Of a DNA stretch of 64,000 bases, positions 29,558 to 37,898 are shown piece after piece. Both the position numbers and the translations under genes were made by a program. Within the stretch, counting starts at the first letter, position 1. Every line of letters begins with the position of its first letter. The stretch is taken from the NCBI GenBank assembly GCA_903824185.1, contig CAIJVU010000003.1:45434-109433 (forward strand). The letters are read 5' to 3'. The notes beneath the pieces were generated by a model. It had not been told where the DNA came from, ran no database searches, and saw nothing but the letters and a program-made list of their open reading frames with translations. Source of the DNA: an uncultured Hyphomicrobiales bacterium. Lineage in GTDB: Bacteria; Pseudomonadota; Alphaproteobacteria; Rhizobiales; Beijerinckiaceae.

Positions 29558-29943
29558 AAAGGGTCATCCGCAGGGCGGAATCGGCTTGTCTGAAATGTTC
29601 TCTGTCAATTGGTGTCTGAATTAGACCTCTTACCCCCCCGAAGCAAGAGGGATTGTCCCATTTCGTGAATGGAAAACCTTAATTATTGGAAAGGTTTGCA
29701 AGCCCCGCTCCAAGAGGAAGGGGCGTCAGAGCACACAACATCAGGCCTCAGCACCCCAGCTTTTTTAAACGGCTTGCTGCAAGCGAGGTAAAAGGCAGGG
29801 TGAAAATTTTTGTGCGTGACGAGTGCAGATTGCAAGCAAACCCTATTTTAGAAATTGTATTTGAAAGAGCTTACAACCTCTGGTTCGTAGACGGATTTGA
29901 GCGCATCGGAAAGGCTGACACTCTCACATCAAAGGGGAGTGCC

Positions 29944-30315
29944 ATGATACGATTTTTAATGATTTTTATTACTCTCATTACAACATTCAGCACCCAAAAC
30001 GCATTCGCCGGCTGCAAATCAACACCTGTGGTATTTAACTTTGACGCCAATGCAGAAACCAGCAGTGAAGGCGTTATTACAGGCAATGGATTTTGCAGGA
30101 TAGTACTTTGGCCAAATTCAGGGATCATTAACGACAGTACCATCGTCAAAAAACCACGAAATGGCAAACTTGAAAATACCAATATCTCAACTTTTGAGTA
30201 TCAAGCAAAACCTAACTTTAAAGGAAATGACGACTTAGCGGTTAAAATATGTGGAAGTGGACGCAGTGGCGGTGGTGGGTGTGCCACTATCTCGTTTAGT
30301 TTCACAATCCAATAA
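29944..30315 (+). CDS. small secreted (possibly lipo-) protein of unknown function, A+T-rich gene
   Basis: The start ATG 29944 follows AAGGGGAG. The signal peptide is MIRFLMIFITLITTFSTQNAFA/GC. The mature part has 4 Cys and a P.NGKL......F.Y.AKPNFKGNDD..V pattern reminiscent of cadherin-like/bacterial Ig-like domains. The upstream 86 codons of the track ORF look non-coding. Confidence 0.55.
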   Translation: MIRFLMIFITLITTFSTQNAFAGCKSTPVVFNFDANAETSSEGVITGNGFCRIVLWPNSGIINDSTIVKKPRNGKLENTNISTFEYQAKPNFKGNDDLAVKICGSGRSGGGGCATISFSFTIQ

Positions 30316-30318
30316 CCC

Positions 30319-31464
30319 TCAATGCATCACAATTTTGGGGGCGCTGCGTGCGCCGGATGAACGGTCAAGCTGGGCCCATAATCTGGCGGCCATCTCTTTG
30401 TAAATCTGCGCATGCGGACTGTCGGGAGCCGTTGCCACAATCGGCTTGCCGGCATCCGAGCGTTCGCGGATCTCGATATGCAAGGGCACCGCGCCGAGAT
30501 AGGGCACTTTTTGCTGTTCGGCCTCGTGCATAGCGCCGCCATGTCCGAAAATATCGGCCCGTTCGCCGCAATGCGGGCACAGGAAATAGCTCATATTTTC
30601 AATCAGGCCGAGAATAGGCACTTCGACGCGTTCAAACATCGCAATGCCACGCCGCGCATCGATCAAAGCGAGATCCTGCGGCGTTGAGACAATCACAGCC
30701 CCTGCCAAAGGCACCGATTGCGCCATGGTCAATTGCGCATCGCCCGTGCCGGGCGGCATATCCACCACCAACACATCCAATGTGCCCCAATTCACCTCGC
30801 GCAACATTTGTTGCAAGGCCGACATCACCATGGGGCCGCGCCAGATCATGGCGGCATTGTCCTCGACCAGAAAACCGATCGACATGACTTTCAATCCAAA
30901 GGCCTGCAAAGGCTCAAGCATCCGCCCTTCGCCCATCATCGGCTTGCCGCTCAAGCCCAAAAGACGCGGCAGCGAGGGACCATAGACATCGGCATCCAAC
31001 AAGCCGACTTTCAACCCCTGCGCCTGAAATCCCAAAGCCAGATTGACCGCGGTGGTGGATTTGCCGACACCGCCTTTGCCGGACGCGACCGCAATGATGC
31101 GTTGAACCCCCGGCACCAGTTTTTTGGCCGTGGCGGCTTGCGCGCGCGGACCCGCATGCGCGTGACCTGCATGCGAATGACCTGCATGACTGTGGCCTGC
31201 ATGCGAATCGCCCGATCCCGCCGGACGCTCGGCGGTCAGCATGACCAGCGCCGCATGGATACCCGACACGGCTTTGACGGCTTTTTCGGCAGCCGCGCGC
31301 AGGGGCTCAAGCGCCTTGGCTTCATCGGCTGCGCATTGCAACGTCACATAGGCCTTGCCCTCTTGCACCGACACGCCTTGCAAATAGGACGAGCGATCAA
31401 GCCCCTCCCCTTGCGGTGTCTTCACTGCGGACAAAGCTTTGCGAATATCTTGTTCCGTTGCCAT
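30319..31464 (-). CDS. apbC: Mrp/NBP35-family Fe-S cluster carrier ATPase (ApbC) with an N-terminal DUF59-like domain and a His-rich linker
   Basis: 381 aa with the deviant Walker A SGKGGVGKST, DADVYGPS, and the CPHCG cluster-ligand motif. The linker is DSHAGHSHAGHSHAGHAHAG. Confidence 0.9.
   Translation of the reverse strand: MATEQDIRKALSAVKTPQGEGLDRSSYLQGVSVQEGKAYVTLQCAADEAKALEPLRAAAEKAVKAVSGIHAALVMLTAERPAGSGDSHAGHSHAGHSHAGHAHAGPRAQAATAKKLVPGVQRIIAVASGKGGVGKSTTAVNLALGFQAQGLKVGLLDADVYGPSLPRLLGLSGKPMMGEGRMLEPLQAFGLKVMSIGFLVEDNAAMIWRGPMVMSALQQMLREVNWGTLDVLVVDMPPGTGDAQLTMAQSVPLAGAVIVSTPQDLALIDARRGIAMFERVEVPILGLIENMSYFLCPHCGERADIFGHGGAMHEAEQQKVPYLGAVPLHIEIRERSDAGKPIVATAPDSPHAQIYKEMAARLWAQLDRSSGARSAPKIVMH
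31154..31213 (-). repeat. four tandem 15-nt units encoding a (H-A-G-H-S)-type histidine repeat inside apbC
   Basis: The plus-strand units are gcatgcgcgtgacct / gcatgcgaatgacct / gcatgactgtggcct / gcatgcgaatcgccc. Confidence 0.85.
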
Positions 31465-31725
31465 GGCTTCGGGCTCCCTTGATTGATGCCCTGTTATGAC
31501 GGCTTGCAGGGGTTGAGGTCAATCACCGCGCAACAAAGCGCTTTGATTTCTGCTTCCTTTCACAAAAATCAGGCTGAAACGCCCGCAAATGGGCGGTTTT
31601 GGCGGGTTCAGGATTTGGACGCCATCCTTGCGCCTGCCCCTGCCCCTGCGCTATGTATGGCGCCCAAGGGCTGGGTGCGGATCGCGCTCCCCTTTTCATC
31701 AAAGGTACAAACGGGAGTGTAAAGC

Positions 31726-32595
31726 ATGGCCAAAGTGGCTTTTCTGGGACTGGGCGTGATGGGTTATCCAATGGCAGGCCACCTCAAGGCCAAAGGCGGG
31801 CATGATGTCACCGTCTATAACCGCACCTTTGCCAAGGCCGAAGCCTGGGCCAAACAACATGGCGGCCATGCAGCCAAAACCCCCCGCGAGGCAGCCCATG
31901 ACTGCGATTTCGTCTTCGCCTGCGTGGGCAATGACGATGATTTGCGCTCGGTGGTGCTCGGCCCCGATGGCGCCTTTGCCGGCATGAAGAAAGGCGCGAT
32001 CTTTGTCGACAACACCACCGCCTCCGCCGAAGTGGCGCGCGAACTTTATGCCAAAGCCCATGAATTGGGTCTCGAATTCATTGATGCCCCTGTCTCGGGC
32101 GGACAGGCCGGAGCGGAAAACGGGGCTTTGACGGTGATGTGCGGCGGCGATGCCAAAGCCTATGCCACCGCCGAACCCGTCATCACCGCTTTTGCCAAGG
32201 CCGTGAAATTGCTGGGACCATCAGGGGCTGGCCAGCTGACCAAAATGGTCAACCAGATTTGCATCGCCGGTGTTGTGCAAGGCCTTGCCGAAGGGGTCGC
32301 CTTTGCCAAGCGCGCAGGCCTTGATGCGGAAGCTGTCATTGAAGCCATTTCCAAAGGTGCGGCCCAAAGCTGGCAGATGGAAAACCGCTACAAGACCATG
32401 AATGCCAATACCTATACCTTCGGCTTTGCCGTTGACTGGATGCGCAAAGATCTGGGCATTTGTCTGGATGAAGCCCGCCGCAATGGCGCGCATTTGCCGA
32501 TGACAGCGCTTGTTGATCAATTTTATGGCGATGTGCAGGAAATGGGCGGCGGCCGTTGGGATACGTCAAGCCTGTTGGCCCGCCTCATCAAATAA
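31726..32595 (+). CDS. NAD(P)-dependent beta-hydroxyacid dehydrogenase (3-hydroxyisobutyrate dehydrogenase family)
   Basis: 289 aa with VAFLGLGVMGYPMAGHL, DAPVSGG and GAGQ..K..NQ motifs. Confidence 0.85.
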   Translation: MAKVAFLGLGVMGYPMAGHLKAKGGHDVTVYNRTFAKAEAWAKQHGGHAAKTPREAAHDCDFVFACVGNDDDLRSVVLGPDGAFAGMKKGAIFVDNTTASAEVARELYAKAHELGLEFIDAPVSGGQAGAENGALTVMCGGDAKAYATAEPVITAFAKAVKLLGPSGAGQLTKMVNQICIAGVVQGLAEGVAFAKRAGLDAEAVIEAISKGAAQSWQMENRYKTMNANTYTFGFAVDWMRKDLGICLDEARRNGAHLPMTALVDQFYGDVQEMGGGRWDTSSLLARLIK

Positions 32596-32616
32596 TCAAG
32601 GCCTTACGTGACTATG

Positions 32617-32643
32617 AAAAAGGGCGCTGCGGCGCCCTTTTTT
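32617..32643. terminator. bidirectional rho-independent terminator
   Basis: AAAAA-GGGCGC-tgcg-GCGCCC-TTTTTT lies between convergent genes. Confidence 0.75.
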
Positions 32644-32658
32644 ATGGGCGATGCCCAA

Positions 32659-33681
32659 TCAATGCAATTCCGATGCAGGCGGCACAACGCCAATTTGTTG
32701 CAGACTATGAGTGTTGTTGTAACAGGCCAAAGCCCCTTTAATCAGCGCCATGGCAAAGGCCGCCCCCGTGCCCTCGCCAAGCCGCATGCCCAGATCCAGC
32801 ATCGGCACCAGACCGAGCCGCTCCAAGACTTCCCGATGCGCGCCTTCCGCGGAGCAATGTCCGGCAATGCAATGGCTGATACTGTCGGGCTTGATGGCAT
32901 GTAAAACAGCGGCTGCCGCCGTCACCACATAGCCATCCAGCACCACCGGCACATGTTGCAAACGCGCAGCCAAAATGGCCCCCGTCATCGCGGCAATTTC
33001 ACGCCCGCCCAAAGCAGCCAGAATGGCCAAGGGATCTTCAAGACAATCAGCATGGCGGGCCAGACCCTGCCGCACCGCCTGTTTCTTGCGCGCCAATTGT
33101 GCGTCATCAGCCCCTGCCCCTATGCCCACAAACCGATCGGGATCCCCGCCATAAAGCGCTGCATAAATGGCCGCCGCCGATGTGGTATTGCCGATGCCCA
33201 TTTCCCCCAGACCCAAAACATCGACGCCGCCCGCCAAAGCCTCCATGCCGAAGGCCATGGTGGCCACGCAGGCCTTTTCATCCAAAGCGGGGCCTTGCGT
33301 AAAATCAGCGGTCGGCATTTCCAAGGCGAGTTCGAAAGCCTTGAAACCGAATTCATAGGCGGCGCAAATCTGGTTGATCGTGCCACCCCCCGCGCCATAG
33401 GCCTTCAACATCAAGGCTGTCACATCGGAAGGGAAAGCCGAGACCCCTTGGGCGACCACGCCGTGATTGGCGGCAAAAACGCAAATCATCGGCCGCATCA
33501 TCACAGGCTGGGCCTTGCCCTGCCAAGCGGCCAAATGGGCGACCACGTCTTCCAGACGACCAAGACTGCCCAAAGGTTTGGCAAGCGTGCCTTGCCGCTT
33601 GATTACGGATGCCCGCGCCGCTTCGTCCGCATCCGGACAGGCCGCCAGCAAAGCGCGCATATCATCAAAAGGTGTCGGCAT
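32659..33681 (-). CDS. cobT: nicotinate-nucleotide--dimethylbenzimidazole phosphoribosyltransferase
   Basis: 340 aa with KP.GSLG.LE, ADHGV-like (ANHGVVAQGVSAFP), GEMGIGNTT and LDLGMRLGEGTGA blocks. Confidence 0.92.
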   Translation of the reverse strand: MPTPFDDMRALLAACPDADEAARASVIKRQGTLAKPLGSLGRLEDVVAHLAAWQGKAQPVMMRPMICVFAANHGVVAQGVSAFPSDVTALMLKAYGAGGGTINQICAAYEFGFKAFELALEMPTADFTQGPALDEKACVATMAFGMEALAGGVDVLGLGEMGIGNTTSAAAIYAALYGGDPDRFVGIGAGADDAQLARKKQAVRQGLARHADCLEDPLAILAALGGREIAAMTGAILAARLQHVPVVLDGYVVTAAAAVLHAIKPDSISHCIAGHCSAEGAHREVLERLGLVPMLDLGMRLGEGTGAAFAMALIKGALACYNNTHSLQQIGVVPPASELH

Positions 33682-33827
33682 GACGCAAATTTTCCTCTAC
33701 ACTCTCAAACACGGTCCGGCAGCCGATCCCTGCCCTTTTGAGGCGATGGTGCCGACTCACTCGCTTTCGGGCTATAGCACGGGTTTGGTTATGCTTCCCC
33801 TTTTTTAACGGATTTTCAGGATTTAAG

Positions 33828-34646
33828 ATGGATCCATCAGCCCCCGACGCCCATGACGAGCCGTTTTTAAGCGATCTTCTGGTGGCGATCCGTTTTTATT
33901 CGCGCCTGCCGGTGCCGCGGCTTTCGGGTGAGAAAAACCCCTATCGCCTGCCCGATTTTGACCGGATTACCCCGATCCTGCCGCTGGCAAGCCTGATCAT
34001 TGCTTTGCCCGCAACCCTTGTGCTGATCGCCGCCGATTACTGTCTCTCCTCCTTACTCGCCGCCAGCTTGGCCATCGCGACTCAACTGCTTGTCACAGGC
34101 GCCTTTCACGAAGACGGATTGGCCGATGTCGCAGACGGGTTCGGCGGCGGACATGACCGTGCCAGCCGCTTGACGATCATGACCGATAGCCGCTTGGGAA
34201 CCTATGGCGCTGCGGCCCTGATCTTGTCGCTGATCATCCGGATTTTGGCCTTGGCCAGCCTACTGGAACTCGAAGGCGGGCCGGAAGCGGGCTTGCTGTG
34301 GCTGTGTGCCGCGCCCTTGTCACGGGTCATCGGTCTGTTTCCGATGATGCTGCTGGACAATGCCAAGCCCGATGGCAAAGCAGCCCAAGTCGGCAAGGCC
34401 GGCCGCAAAAGTTTTGCAATGGCGCTGATCCTTGCCATCCTGATTGCCTTTGTGCTGCCCTTGGGCATTGAGGCCGATATGGGGCCATTGGCGCTGGCGA
34501 TTGTTCTGGCTCTGCTCAGTCCCTTGCCGCTGCTCAATCTTGCCAAAAAGCTGATCGGCGGTCAGACAGGCGATGTGGCGGGGGCTGCGCAGCAAATAGC
34601 GGAAATCACGTTTTTGCTGGCGCTTAGCGCGCATTGGGCCGGATAA
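33828..34646 (+). CDS. cobS: adenosylcobinamide-GDP ribazoletransferase (cobalamin synthase)
   Basis: The start is set at ATG 33828 (MDPSAPD...). It has AIRFYSRLPV, TGAFHEDGLADVADG and GGQTGDV.GA motifs in a multi-TM protein. The track ORF 5' extension overlaps the divergent promoter region. Confidence 0.88.
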   Translation: MDPSAPDAHDEPFLSDLLVAIRFYSRLPVPRLSGEKNPYRLPDFDRITPILPLASLIIALPATLVLIAADYCLSSLLAASLAIATQLLVTGAFHEDGLADVADGFGGGHDRASRLTIMTDSRLGTYGAAALILSLIIRILALASLLELEGGPEAGLLWLCAAPLSRVIGLFPMMLLDNAKPDGKAAQVGKAGRKSFAMALILAILIAFVLPLGIEADMGPLALAIVLALLSPLPLLNLAKKLIGGQTGDVAGAAQQIAEITFLLALSAHWAG

Positions 34647-34652
34647 GCGCGC

Positions 34653-34865
34653 ATGACGGCCTTAAGTCCCTGCATCCAGATTTGCCAGCTCGATCCTGCC
34701 AGCGGCCTCTGCGTGGGCTGTGCCCGCACGCGCGATGAAATCGCCCTCTGGTCCGGCCTGACCAATCAGGAGCGCGGTTTGGTGATGGCGCAACTTCCCG
34801 CCCGCCGCGCATTGATCAAGGTGCCGCAGAGCCGCTGTTTTCCACCCAAAAAGACAGAATTTTAA
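34653..34865 (+). CDS. DUF1289-family small Cys-motif protein
   Basis: 70 aa. SPCIQICQLDPASGLCVGCARTRDEIALW matches the SPC...C......C.GC.R...EI..W signature of DUF1289. Confidence 0.75.
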   Translation: MTALSPCIQICQLDPASGLCVGCARTRDEIALWSGLTNQERGLVMAQLPARRALIKVPQSRCFPPKKTEF

Positions 34866-35887
34866 GCGGCTGATTGCGCGGGCGGTTCGGGCGTCCAATG
34901 CCGGTCCACTTTGCTGATCGCATCGCGCAAAACCTGCACCCCTGCCTCCCGCTTCACGGCCTCTGTCGCCAGATGGCGACGAAAGGCACGCGCACCGGGA
35001 CGTCCCGTAAACAAGCCCAACATATGGCGGGTGACGGCATGCAGATAGCCCCCGCTTTCAAGATGGGCGGCGACATAGGCTTCAAAGGCTTCAACCGCCG
35101 AAAAGACATCCGCATAAGGCGAAGGCTGTCCGTAAAAAACCGGATCAACCTTCATCAGCAATTCAGGATTATGATAGGCTGATCGCCCCAGCATGACTCC
35201 ATCGACATGGTCTAACTGCGCGGCACTGGTGTCGATATCCACCAGACCACCATTCAATGCAATCGGCACATGGGGCAAACGGGCTTTGAGGCGATAGACG
35301 CGGCTATAATCAAGCGGGGGAATGTCGCGGTTTTCTTTGGGCGATAGACCGCTCAACCAGGCCTTGCGGGCATGCACCGTAATCTGGTCGCACCCCGCCT
35401 GCAAAACCTGATCGGCCAAGGCATCAAGCGCCTGCTCCTGATCCTGATCATCAACGCCAATCCGGCATTTCACCGTGACCGGCACCGACACCACGGCCTT
35501 CATGGCGGCGACACAGTCGGCAACCAAAGCGGGTTCGCGCATCAAACAGGCACCGAACCGTCCCTCCTGCACGCGATCGGACGGACAACCGACATTCAGA
35601 TTGATCTCGCTATAGCCAAGATCCGCACAAATCTGCGCAGCCTGTGCAAGCGCTGCGGGATCCGAGCCCCCAAGCTGCATCGCGACCGGCTGCTCAAGCG
35701 ACGAAAAACCGATCAGACGTTGCCGGTCGCCGAAGATCACAGCACCCGTGGTGACCATTTCGGTATAGAGCAAGGCATGGGCTGACAGATGACGGTGAAA
35801 CGCCCGGCAATGCCGATCCGTCCAATCCATCATGGGCGCGACCGAAAACCGCCAGCGTGTTGTCAGATCATGCTTGTGCACCACCAT
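34862..35887 (-). CDS. dusA: tRNA dihydrouridine(20/20a) synthase
   Basis: 341 aa with F.VAPMMDWTDRHCR, INLN.GCPS and VTVK.R.G blocks typical of DusA. Confidence 0.9.
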   Translation of the reverse strand: MVVHKHDLTTRWRFSVAPMMDWTDRHCRAFHRHLSAHALLYTEMVTTGAVIFGDRQRLIGFSSLEQPVAMQLGGSDPAALAQAAQICADLGYSEINLNVGCPSDRVQEGRFGACLMREPALVADCVAAMKAVVSVPVTVKCRIGVDDQDQEQALDALADQVLQAGCDQITVHARKAWLSGLSPKENRDIPPLDYSRVYRLKARLPHVPIALNGGLVDIDTSAAQLDHVDGVMLGRSAYHNPELLMKVDPVFYGQPSPYADVFSAVEAFEAYVAAHLESGGYLHAVTRHMLGLFTGRPGARAFRRHLATEAVKREAGVQVLRDAISKVDRHWTPEPPAQSAA

Positions 35888-36041
35888 GCCCCGCTCAAAA
35901 GACCCTGCTCATTTTCACAGGAGACATAGCCCATAAGCATGGGCAAAGTGAAGCCCGATCAAGACCAAACATCGGAAAAAGCGGCGATATGACCAACAGA
36001 CCCCTCATGATCGCCCGTCAAGACAGGATCATCCTGCACCC

Positions 36042-37814
36042 GTGAAATTTTCCGAACCTGCTTGCCTTGCCATTATCCCCGACCATCTTCTCTCTGCCTC
36101 CGCCCGCCAAGCGGTGATGACGCGCGCGCTTTTTAACGGCACCACCGCCGATGAACTGATTTTGAGCGAAGCCCTCATGAGCGAGGAGGACTATTACCGA
36201 CTGGTGGCACAAAAGCTCAATCTGCCCTTCTCGCCCATCCCCATGCGGATCACGCCCCCCAAATATCCCAGCGAAGCCTGGCAATCACGGATGGTGCGGC
36301 TTGATCCCCTGCATCACCCCTATGAATGGCTGGCCGCCCCCAAAGGCCGCAGACTTGAACATCTTTTGACTCAACCCATGACCAGCAATGAAGGCATCAG
36401 CAATTTGGTGATCGCCACGCCGCGGATTTTATTCGCCTCGATCATGCAAAGCACGTCCGAACAGGCAACCCAGAAAGCTACCCATTACCTCCCTCAAAAC
36501 AATCCCGACGCGTCATGCCATGGACTGTGCCATGACACCACACAACGGATCATCCCGCTGGTGATTGCCTTGATTTTAGCTTTGGTCTTAGCCCGGATGA
36601 ATATATCCTTCTCAACCATGGCCACTATGCTCTTGGGGCCTGTTTTGCTGATCCGGTTGATCATCCTCGCCACTCAATTGCCCAAGCCAGATCCACAACA
36701 CACCGACTTGGCGGATCATGAATTGCCGCATTATTCGATCCTTGTGCCGCTTTACCGCGAAGCCAATCTGATCCCGCAATTACTGGCCAGTTTTCGGGCC
36801 ATGGATTATCCGGTAGCACGGCGCGAAATTCTGTTTCTCATCGAGGAGGACGATGCGGATACCAAACAAGCCCTGACGCAGACCCATCTGCCCTATGCCT
36901 GCCACATCATCACGGTGGCCGCAGGCCAACCACGCACCAAACCGCGTGCTCTGAATGTGGGGCTTTTATTTGCAACCGGCCCCTTGATTGTTGTCTATGA
37001 TGCGGAAGACCGGCCCGAACCGCAGCAATGGCGCAAAGCAGCGCGCGCTTTTGCCGCAAGCCCGCCCGAGACCGCCTGTTTTCAAGCCCCGCTTGTGATT
37101 GACAATCTGGATGAGGGGCTTTTTCCGCATTTATTCGCGCTGGAATATGCTGGACTGTTTGATGTTGTCTTGCCCCGCCTGTCACACAAAAAGTGGCCGG
37201 TTGCGCTGGGGGGCTCTTCCAATCATTTCCGCAAAGAGGCTCTATCCAAAGCCATGGCATGGGATGCATGGAATGTGACGGAAGATGCCGATCTCGGTCT
37301 GCGCCTGAGCAGCATGGGCTATCATGTCGGCTATCTGGACAGCGCGACATATGAAGATGCACCCGAACATTGGCGCGACTGGTTCATGCAACGCAGGCGC
37401 TGGATCAAAGGCTGGATGATGACCGCATCGGTGCATCTGAAAAAGCCTCAAAATTTCACCAACAAGGCGGGATGGCAGAATTTTGGCCTATTGGTTTATC
37501 ACAGCCTCGGGCTTGTTTCGGCGATTTTGTTTTGGCCGCTGACGCTGATTGATGTGCCCTATTTATTTTATACCCGTGCGCCGGATTGGCAGGAGGGGAT
37601 GGTCTTGCTGTTGCCGCTTTTATGCAGCCTGCCGGTTCTGTTATGGCCGCTTGTGCAAGCCAGCAGACTTCGTAACCATCCTTTGTCTTTGAAAATTCTG
37701 CTCAGCCTGCCTTTTTATTTTTTATGCATGACCCTGGCTGGTTGGGCAGGCTTGTTTGACTTTATCAAAAGCCCGCATCACTGGAATAAAACACCGCATA
37801 AGCCACATGGCTAA
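36042..37814 (+). CDS. membrane-embedded family-2 glycosyltransferase of the processive synthase type, with a T2SSE_N-like N-terminal region
   Basis: 590 aa. The GT-A core has YSILVPLYREA, VVYDAEDRP, NVTEDADLG and the QRRRWIKGW (Q.xRW) motif. TM segments lie before and after the core. The N-terminus (ADELILSEALMSEEDYYRLVAQKLNLPF ... VRLDPL ... WLAAP) resembles the GspE N-terminal domain. The GTG start is uncertain. Confidence 0.75.
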   Translation: MKFSEPACLAIIPDHLLSASARQAVMTRALFNGTTADELILSEALMSEEDYYRLVAQKLNLPFSPIPMRITPPKYPSEAWQSRMVRLDPLHHPYEWLAAPKGRRLEHLLTQPMTSNEGISNLVIATPRILFASIMQSTSEQATQKATHYLPQNNPDASCHGLCHDTTQRIIPLVIALILALVLARMNISFSTMATMLLGPVLLIRLIILATQLPKPDPQHTDLADHELPHYSILVPLYREANLIPQLLASFRAMDYPVARREILFLIEEDDADTKQALTQTHLPYACHIITVAAGQPRTKPRALNVGLLFATGPLIVVYDAEDRPEPQQWRKAARAFAASPPETACFQAPLVIDNLDEGLFPHLFALEYAGLFDVVLPRLSHKKWPVALGGSSNHFRKEALSKAMAWDAWNVTEDADLGLRLSSMGYHVGYLDSATYEDAPEHWRDWFMQRRRWIKGWMMTASVHLKKPQNFTNKAGWQNFGLLVYHSLGLVSAILFWPLTLIDVPYLFYTRAPDWQEGMVLLLPLLCSLPVLLWPLVQASRLRNHPLSLKILLSLPFYFLCMTLAGWAGLFDFIKSPHHWNKTPHKPHG

Positions 37815-37898
37815 ACCCATATAATCACGCCCCCTTTGCCAAAATCATGAGACATGCTAGGCCTTGGTCAAAATGCGTGTTGTGGAGGAATGGTGCCG

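Noticed and set aside
29686-29943. An 86-codon 5' extension of the small secreted protein ORF.
   Set aside because: The extension begins with a non-ATG start and has no signal peptide. The internal ATG 29944 has a strong RBS and starts a canonical signal peptide.
31154-31213. Short tandem repeats as a possible CRISPR or minisatellite array (also 58274..58309).
   Set aside because: They are in-frame coding repeats of 15 and 18 nt without spacers, inside confident genes. No cas genes are present anywhere in the window.
33682-33827. Possible cobalamin riboswitch in the divergent cobT/cobS intergenic region.
   Set aside because: Only about 145 nt are shared by two divergent promoters, and I could not find a B12-box-like GCCACTG core or the multi-stem architecture. 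A covariance-model scan would settle it, but I do not expect a hit.
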